From positions 1-31,270 of the forward strand of contig JASFYY010000144.1 of NCBI GenBank assembly GCA_045046875.1: a stretch of DNA of 31,270 nt, given 5' to 3'. The position numbers and the translations under genes are program-made. Below, piece after piece: positions 25,646 through 31,270 of the stretch; the first letter of the stretch is position 1, and every line of letters begins with the position of its first letter. The notes beneath the pieces were generated by a model. That model was not told where the DNA came from, did not search any database, and saw only the letters and a program-made list of their open reading frames with translations. Origin of the DNA: Verrucomicrobiota bacterium (GTDB lineage Bacteria > Verrucomicrobiota > Verrucomicrobiia > Verrucomicrobiales > DEV007).

Positions 25646-26542
25646 ATGACACCTAGTTTATTCTCCATCAGTTACGCCGGCTTCTGGGGGCAGGACAGCC
25701 TCGATCTCACCGACTTCATCAAACAAGCCGGGCAGCTCGGTTATCCTTCCGTCGTCATCGCAGGAAAACGCCCGCACCTATCCCCGCTCGACGCATCTCC
25801 AGAGATCATCAAACCTGTGCAGCAAGCGCTGGCAGAATCAGGCGTCAACTGTGATGCCCTGATGGCCTACACCAATCTTTCCCAACCCACCATGGTCGGC
25901 TGCGAGGTGCCTTTGATCGAATTCCAGATCGCCTATATCGAATCCCTCGCCCACGTCGCCAGTCAACTTGGTGCAAAAATCATCCGCATCTTTACCGCTT
26001 ACGAGATAGCCGATCAAAACCTCCAGGCTCAGTGGGATCGTTGTGTTTCAAGCATTCGTGAAATGTGTGACCGCGCCGCAGCACACGGCGTCACCATCGC
26101 AATCCAGAACCACCACGACATCGGACTGAATACCCAGGCTCTGTTAGAGATGCTCAGCGACATCGACCGCCCCAACTGCAAACTTGGTTTTGACGCCTGG
26201 TCGCCCGCCCTGCGAGGTGAGTCGCTCTACGATGTAGCCAGGATGGCCGCCCCCCACACCATCATCACCACCAATGCTGATTACATCAAAGTCCCCCGCC
26301 ACCGCTACCGCCCCGAATTAGTGAACTACGAAAAACAAGCCGAGGACTGGGTGCGCGCGGTTCCCTTCGGCAGCGGGTTCATCGATTACGAAGCTTTCTT
26401 CAAAGGACTGCACGATGGAGGCTTTGACGGTTTGGCCATTTTTGAAATGTGCTCCCCCCTACGTGGAGGCGGTAACCTAGCCAACCTCGACCACTGCGCC
26501 AAAACCTATCTCAACTGGATCAAAACACAGGGATTCAGTTAA
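25646..26542 (+). CDS. Sugar phosphate isomerase/epimerase family TIM barrel
   Basis: LGAKIIRIF, IAIQNHH, LGFDAW, GSGFIDY and GFDGLAIFE. Confidence 0.85.
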   Translation: MTPSLFSISYAGFWGQDSLDLTDFIKQAGQLGYPSVVIAGKRPHLSPLDASPEIIKPVQQALAESGVNCDALMAYTNLSQPTMVGCEVPLIEFQIAYIESLAHVASQLGAKIIRIFTAYEIADQNLQAQWDRCVSSIREMCDRAAAHGVTIAIQNHHDIGLNTQALLEMLSDIDRPNCKLGFDAWSPALRGESLYDVARMAAPHTIITTNADYIKVPRHRYRPELVNYEKQAEDWVRAVPFGSGFIDYEAFFKGLHDGGFDGLAIFEMCSPLRGGGNLANLDHCAKTYLNWIKTQGFS

Positions 26543-26580
26543 CCTGTTTATGCAAACTCCAACTGCTTCCCCAGTCTTTA

Positions 26581-27840
26581 TTACCGATGAGAACTCCCCT
26601 GATGAGTAGATATACGATTGTTCGTTTTCATCTCACCATTGACCGCTTCGTTTAAAGCAGGTTGCAGAGATTGATGTAGAAGTTTCATCACCGCCTGCAC
26701 ATCAGGATCCACCGTTTTCAGCCAAAACGGAAAATCTTGTTCGGCATAAGAAAACTCACTGCCTATCATATCCGAATGAACCCCTAGTGAGATCGTCCAA
26801 GGCAAATCTTCTTCACCAATCCGATAGCCTTCCCTTGCCAGATACTTCCTATAGCCAAAAATTTGAGCAAGCACCGATTCATCCTGCGGCAATACCGGCT
26901 GTTTCATCACCAAAATAACCAAGCACAAGGCCAATCCGGGAAACAAAGCTGCAGGTAAATATAATCCCGAAAAACGATCCGCCGAAAACATCACCGCTAT
27001 TCCTATCAAAGGGAACATAAAAGACACCGCCATCATAAAATACCCCATCACTCTTGACTCAGTGAACAATAACGAATAAGTGTAACTGAAAACATAAGCA
27101 GGAATCGCTGTCAGCAGAGTCGCAAAAACAACAACGGGCAACAGTGCCACATGCTCCCCCTCCAAACTGGCACTGAAAAAAGGAATTTCGACGATCAATG
27201 CGATTAAGATCATCCAAGCCAGCCAACTACCTTTTATTGAACTTCTCTGCCCCTTGCCTTTTTTCTTAACTTCATCATAAAGATCATAAGCTAAGCTTTG
27301 CAACTCTGAATTTGGAGCCTTCATCCAAGCTTTTAACATCACACTGTTGCCCCTGACAAACAGAGCCTTGATGCGTTCTCGGTCAATCGAGCTGATTTTA
27401 GCGGTACCATCAAAACCCAAAGCCCACGGAAAGGCTCCTTTCACATAGTGCAAGGTGAGCCCTCCCTGCTCACACAACTCCATAATCCATGCTAACAAAC
27501 AGCGCACTTTATCCTGTTGAAAATAATAAGCTGCCTGGATAAGCGGTGTTTGTGGCCTGACATCGAGCACCTCACAACCCTGTAATATTTTTGAAAATCG
27601 AAGGTAGTTCAAAAACACCTTTTTATAAAAAAGCAGCAATAAAACAAACACCCCGACAATCGCCAAAATTCTATAATCTTGCCAAATTTGAGGCAAAGCA
27701 TGTTCACTCTTCGGACTAAATAAAAACCTCATGGCCTTTTTAAACCCCGCCGTATCCTGATATTTGAGCAACAGATAAACCACCGTGCTCATCCCTCCAA
27801 AGATCAGAATATTTATAAATCGAGTTTTGTTTTTTTTCAT
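26581..27840 (-). CDS. Multi-pass membrane protein, weakly DUF2207-like
   Basis: About six hydrophobic segments; PLIQAAYY...LLAWIMELCEQGGL and IFGYRKYL...LPWTISLGV recall the DUF2207 C-terminal region. Confidence 0.6.
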   Translation of the reverse strand: MKKNKTRFINILIFGGMSTVVYLLLKYQDTAGFKKAMRFLFSPKSEHALPQIWQDYRILAIVGVFVLLLLFYKKVFLNYLRFSKILQGCEVLDVRPQTPLIQAAYYFQQDKVRCLLAWIMELCEQGGLTLHYVKGAFPWALGFDGTAKISSIDRERIKALFVRGNSVMLKAWMKAPNSELQSLAYDLYDEVKKKGKGQRSSIKGSWLAWMILIALIVEIPFFSASLEGEHVALLPVVVFATLLTAIPAYVFSYTYSLLFTESRVMGYFMMAVSFMFPLIGIAVMFSADRFSGLYLPAALFPGLALCLVILVMKQPVLPQDESVLAQIFGYRKYLAREGYRIGEEDLPWTISLGVHSDMIGSEFSYAEQDFPFWLKTVDPDVQAVMKLLHQSLQPALNEAVNGEMKTNNRISTHQGSSHR

Positions 27841-28120
27841 ACAAAAGTGTTTGAGAAAATTTCTCCTAGCCCATAAAATCCCCTGTATTTAACCCGCCAT
27901 CTGGCTGCTTGCAAAGAACTATATCGCGTCTTCCCCCTCCTAGGTCATTTTCTATATAACCACACCATCACTAGTCAGTGGCACCCGCCAAAAAAAAGTT
28001 TCCTGCAACGACATCACTCTCAACGGCAGCTCCCCTACTGCCCATTTATTGCCATAAAATTCCCCTGACACTTTACAACTAAAAATCGCTATTGGACAAT
28101 AGACCACTACCCTTCCATTC

Positions 28121-28621
28121 ATGCCCGCACTCCTCCCCTACCTCAAACCAAACAGCTTCCTGGTACCTTTTCTAGGATTAGGCATGCTCTTCCTCTTCTG
28201 GGGAGGACGAGCTTTCTGGGTTCATTTTACTTACAATATGAATACTGAAGTCGCAGGCAAGGTCATCACTTCAAAATCTGAAACCCACACTTCCGGAGAG
28301 AAAACCCGCACCGTGTATCGCTTCAAATACCGCTACTCCTGGCAAGGAATCTCCTACACGTCTAAACGTTACAGCTACAAAAACGAAGGTCAGCGAGACG
28401 CAGTGATCAAACATCAAGCAGGCGAGACGATTCAAGTTTTCATCGACCCTCAGCACCCCAAGCACTCCATCATCGTCAAAGGCTGGTCGTGGCTGAATCT
28501 GCTTTGGGTTCTGCTAGGATCAGCGCTGATTCTAGCCGGACTCTTTTTGCATATATCAATGACACGTGATTCGTTAAAAAAATCAAACCTCGAACAACAA
28601 AAGCTCCCCCCACAGCCATGA
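28121..28621 (+). CDS. DUF3592-like membrane protein
   Basis: TM - GKVITS...YRYSWQGISY...GETIQVFIDPQHP - TM architecture. Confidence 0.8.
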   Translation: MPALLPYLKPNSFLVPFLGLGMLFLFWGGRAFWVHFTYNMNTEVAGKVITSKSETHTSGEKTRTVYRFKYRYSWQGISYTSKRYSYKNEGQRDAVIKHQAGETIQVFIDPQHPKHSIIVKGWSWLNLLWVLLGSALILAGLFLHISMTRDSLKKSNLEQQKLPPQP

Positions 28622-29361
28622 GTGACACCAGCGACACCCTTAAGCCCTTTTTATCCCGTTTCGCACTCACAGAAGAACTTTCCAACCGAGGGCGTAACCT
28701 CTCGAGTAAAGGAGAATTCAAAGGACGCGAAATCGAGATCTCTTTCACTTGGCTCTCAAAAAGCCGAAACCCTAGTGGGGAAACGGGAACTGCTCGCACC
28801 TATGCAGGTCATCATATGAAAATCATTTTTCCTACCGATGTACACACCCATTTTTTTTCCCACCAAACACCACACGGAATCTCTAAGGTTTTCGCCAAAA
28901 TGAACCAACTAGCAAAGTTAAGAAAAATGCCTGCACTGGCAACTTTGCCAAATATCGACTTCTGGGCCTTGGAACCCTCTTGGGCAAAACCACTGATTGA
29001 AGATACTCAATTTCCCCTCTTACTGACAAAACTCATCGACTCTCTTAATACGGATGGAAATGCTGGATTTAAAATTGGACCTGAGGGGGAAATCGAAACC
29101 TCCTGCACCAAACATCTAAAAGCATTCACCCCGGATTACCTCGAAGCAGTAGCGTCCTGCCTTTGGGAAATCACCCGCCTGGTGGAAACACATCCACGGC
29201 CCCAAATCATCCCCCATAAAAGCAAGTTGAAAAAGTTTGCCCAAACCTATGGGAAAAAACACCCCCTCCTCTACAGCCTATTCTTAATCGGTTTTGTTAT
29301 CGCTTTGTGCCTCATCCCGATTGGCCTGCTGATTCTATTCGCCGTATTGCTCGGCAAATGA
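28618..29361 (+). CDS. Hypothetical protein with C-terminal membrane anchor
   Basis: 247-aa ORF with ATGA overlap on the upstream gene and a hydrophobic C-terminus. Confidence 0.7.
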   Translation: MSDTSDTLKPFLSRFALTEELSNRGRNLSSKGEFKGREIEISFTWLSKSRNPSGETGTARTYAGHHMKIIFPTDVHTHFFSHQTPHGISKVFAKMNQLAKLRKMPALATLPNIDFWALEPSWAKPLIEDTQFPLLLTKLIDSLNTDGNAGFKIGPEGEIETSCTKHLKAFTPDYLEAVASCLWEITRLVETHPRPQIIPHKSKLKKFAQTYGKKHPLLYSLFLIGFVIALCLIPIGLLILFAVLLGK

Positions 29362-29413
29362 CAGCTTCCCCCACTCCCTTGCACTCCCCCCGATCCATGC
29401 CACACTTTAAATC

Positions 29414-30850
29414 ATGACAACTAAAACCCCCGCGCGATCCTATTTCCCTCATTTCCTCCTCGTCATCGTCCTACTGTGCGGATCCCTCCACGCCCAGGAC
29501 AAAACCTTCCGCGCCGGCGCCTACGCCATGGACATCACTCCATTAAAATTTCCGGTGAGCTCCGCCGGTAGCATGGCTCACCGCACCGCCGACTCGGCCC
29601 ACGATCCGCTCAACGCCCGTTGCATTGTGCTCGATGACGGAAAAAACAAACTTGCCATCGCAGTGAGTGATTCTTGCATGATCCCGCGGAAAGTTTACGA
29701 CGATGCAAAAAAGATCGCATCCAAAGCAACCGGCATTCCCGTCTCCAACATGCTCTGCTCAGCCACCCACACCCACACCGCGGTGACTGCCGGTTACACC
29801 TTCCGCTCACTCGTCCAGGAAGACTACCTGCCCTTCCTCACCCAACGCATTGCCCAAAGCATCATCAAAGCCAACCAGCGTCTGGCTCCCGCCCGCATCG
29901 GTTGGGCAGTTGGCAACAACCCTAACCAGGTATTCAACCGTCGCTGGTTCATGCGCAAGGGGTTCGACCTGAGCAACCCCTTTGGCAAACAAGACAAGGT
30001 TCGCATGAACCCACCGGCCAACAGCGAACAACTGCTCAAACCCGCCGGTCCGATCGATCCGGATGTCATGGTGCTTGCGGTGCAAAGCGCGGATGGCAAA
30101 ACCCCCATCGCCATGTTATCCAACTACTCCCTGCACTACTGTGGCGGAGTTCCTGGCAAACAGCTGTCCGCTGATTATTTCGGCGAATTTGCCAAACAGT
30201 TTGCTGAGCTCATCGATGCCGGCCCTGACTTTGTCGGCATCATGTCCAATGGCACCAGCGGTGACATCAATAACATCAATTTCTTTGCTGGCCGCCACGG
30301 CAAAAAGCCCTTCGAGCAAATCCGCCATGTCGCCGGTGATGTGGCCCAATCGGCCAAAATCGCCTACGACCGGATCAAATACCACGACTGGGTGCCGCTG
30401 AAAGTCGCCGAGACAGAAATCGAACTCGGTGTGCGCAAAGCCGATGCCGCCGGTTTGGCGCGGGCAGAAAAAATCGTCGCCGCTGTCGGTGACAAAAAAC
30501 CACGAGGCAAAGATGAAATTTACGCCTTTGAAACTCTCGACATGGCCAAATACCCCGACACCGTCAAAGTAAAACTACAGGCTCTGCGCATCGGCGGACT
30601 AGGCATCGCCAGCAGCCCTTGTGAAACCTTTGTCGAAACCGGCCTGGCAATCAAAAAACAAAGCCCCCTGCGCACCACTTTTGTGATCGAACTGGCCAAC
30701 GGCTACAACGGTTACCTGCCCACCCCCGAACAACACCAACTCGGCGGATACGAAACCTGGCGCGCCAAGTCCAGCTACCTCAGCACCGACTCCGAACCCA
30801 AAATCCGTGCCACTCTGCTGGAATTGCTCAATCAAGTCGCCAAGGATTGA
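29414..30850 (+). CDS. Secreted neutral/alkaline ceramidase-like hydrolase
   Basis: Signal peptide; DITP, HDPLNAR, SATHTHT, NYSLHY, SADYFG, GTSGDIN and LANGYNGYLPT...GGYE. Confidence 0.82.
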   Translation: MTTKTPARSYFPHFLLVIVLLCGSLHAQDKTFRAGAYAMDITPLKFPVSSAGSMAHRTADSAHDPLNARCIVLDDGKNKLAIAVSDSCMIPRKVYDDAKKIASKATGIPVSNMLCSATHTHTAVTAGYTFRSLVQEDYLPFLTQRIAQSIIKANQRLAPARIGWAVGNNPNQVFNRRWFMRKGFDLSNPFGKQDKVRMNPPANSEQLLKPAGPIDPDVMVLAVQSADGKTPIAMLSNYSLHYCGGVPGKQLSADYFGEFAKQFAELIDAGPDFVGIMSNGTSGDINNINFFAGRHGKKPFEQIRHVAGDVAQSAKIAYDRIKYHDWVPLKVAETEIELGVRKADAAGLARAEKIVAAVGDKKPRGKDEIYAFETLDMAKYPDTVKVKLQALRIGGLGIASSPCETFVETGLAIKKQSPLRTTFVIELANGYNGYLPTPEQHQLGGYETWRAKSSYLSTDSEPKIRATLLELLNQVAKD

Positions 30851-30887
30851 GCGGTGAAACTAGCAAAAATGCCCAGCATGAATCAAA

Positions 30888-30904
30888 TTCATCAATAGGA
30901 TGAA
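30888..30904. promoter_or_regulatory. Palindrome, candidate enhancer-binding-protein site
   Basis: TTCATC-N5-GATGAA has the same 6-5-6 geometry as NtrC boxes and lies upstream of a sigma54 motif. Confidence 0.4.
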
Positions 30905-30941
30905 CGCAGGCAAAGAGTAAAATTTCGCTATTTTCAAAAGC

Positions 30942-30957
30942 TGGCACGGGCTGTGCT
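30942..30957 (+). promoter_or_regulatory. Sigma54 (-24/-12) promoter
   Basis: TGGCACGGGCTGTGCT: GG-N10-GC with a TGGCACG -24 box, 14 nt before the ATG. Confidence 0.78.
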
Positions 30958-30971
30958 TTTTAGCTCAGTCG

Positions 30972-31270
30972 ATGAGCGGCACTTTCAGCATCGAACAGAA
31001 AAAATACCTGGAACAACATATTCTGGGCGGCATTCCCTTCCTCGGCAAAAACGCCGCTGGACAATTCACCGGCGATGCGGACGAAGCGATCGAGGAGGAA
31101 CTGCTCTACGGCACCCCGGTGGACGAGCTGTGTAAAGAAGAGCAAATCAAACACCAACGCAACGGTCTTGACGTCTGGGATGAAATCGTCGCCAATGCCG
31201 ATCAGGACATATTCCCCGAAGGCGGCGACGTTTTCCGCTACAAATTTTACGGCCTGTTTCACGTCAAACC
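30972..31270 (+). CDS. nirA: Partial CDS (5' end), NirA-family ferredoxin-nitrite/sulfite reductase
   Basis: Hand translation [16 protein letters not shown]...[20 protein letters not shown]...[20 protein letters not shown] runs off the window end and resembles NirA N-termini. The sigma54 promoter fits nitrogen control. Confidence 0.72.
   Translation, partial: MSGTFSIEQKKYLEQHILGGIPFLGKNAAGQFTGDADEAIEEELLYGTPVDELCKEEQIKHQRNGLDVWDEIVANADQDIFPEGGDVFRYKFYGLFHVK

Noticed and set aside
30953..31262. ORFs 30953-31135 (+) and 30960-31262 (-)
   Set aside because: They are alternative-frame or antisense to the nirA-like frame starting at 30972.

Overview
Bacterial contig end, most likely from a PVC-superphylum organism (Verrucomicrobiota/Planctomycetota-like, inferred from the DUF1549/1553-DUF1501 module, sulfatase and Tat-signal enzymes). 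Bases 1-44 are Illumina adapter, not genomic. 46-7212 is a defence island: the 3' end of a probable KilA-N-family gene, a fused type I restriction-modification HsdM-HsdS gene, a Kiwa-like pair (kwaA/kwaB) and a three-gene Lamassu/ABC-three-component system. It lies next to the 3' end of guaA and is bracketed by a degenerate ~45-bp direct repeat. 7397-17978 is a minus-strand nucleotide biosynthesis cluster (purD-purE-pyrR-pyrB-pyrC-pyrF-pyrE-tautomerase-guaB-guaA) interrupted by an oppositely oriented vapBC-like toxin-antitoxin pair. Several spacers in this cluster carry stacked, co-oriented short repeats with a 9-10-nt period, some with nested hairpin inserts; this is the least explained signal in the window. 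The rest holds Tat/secreted enzymes, a DUF1553-DUF1501-WD40 module, a sulfatase, three AT-richer membrane-protein genes, a ceramidase-like gene and the 5' end of a sigma54-preceded nirA-like gene. All family assignments come from motif recognition by eye; no searches were run.
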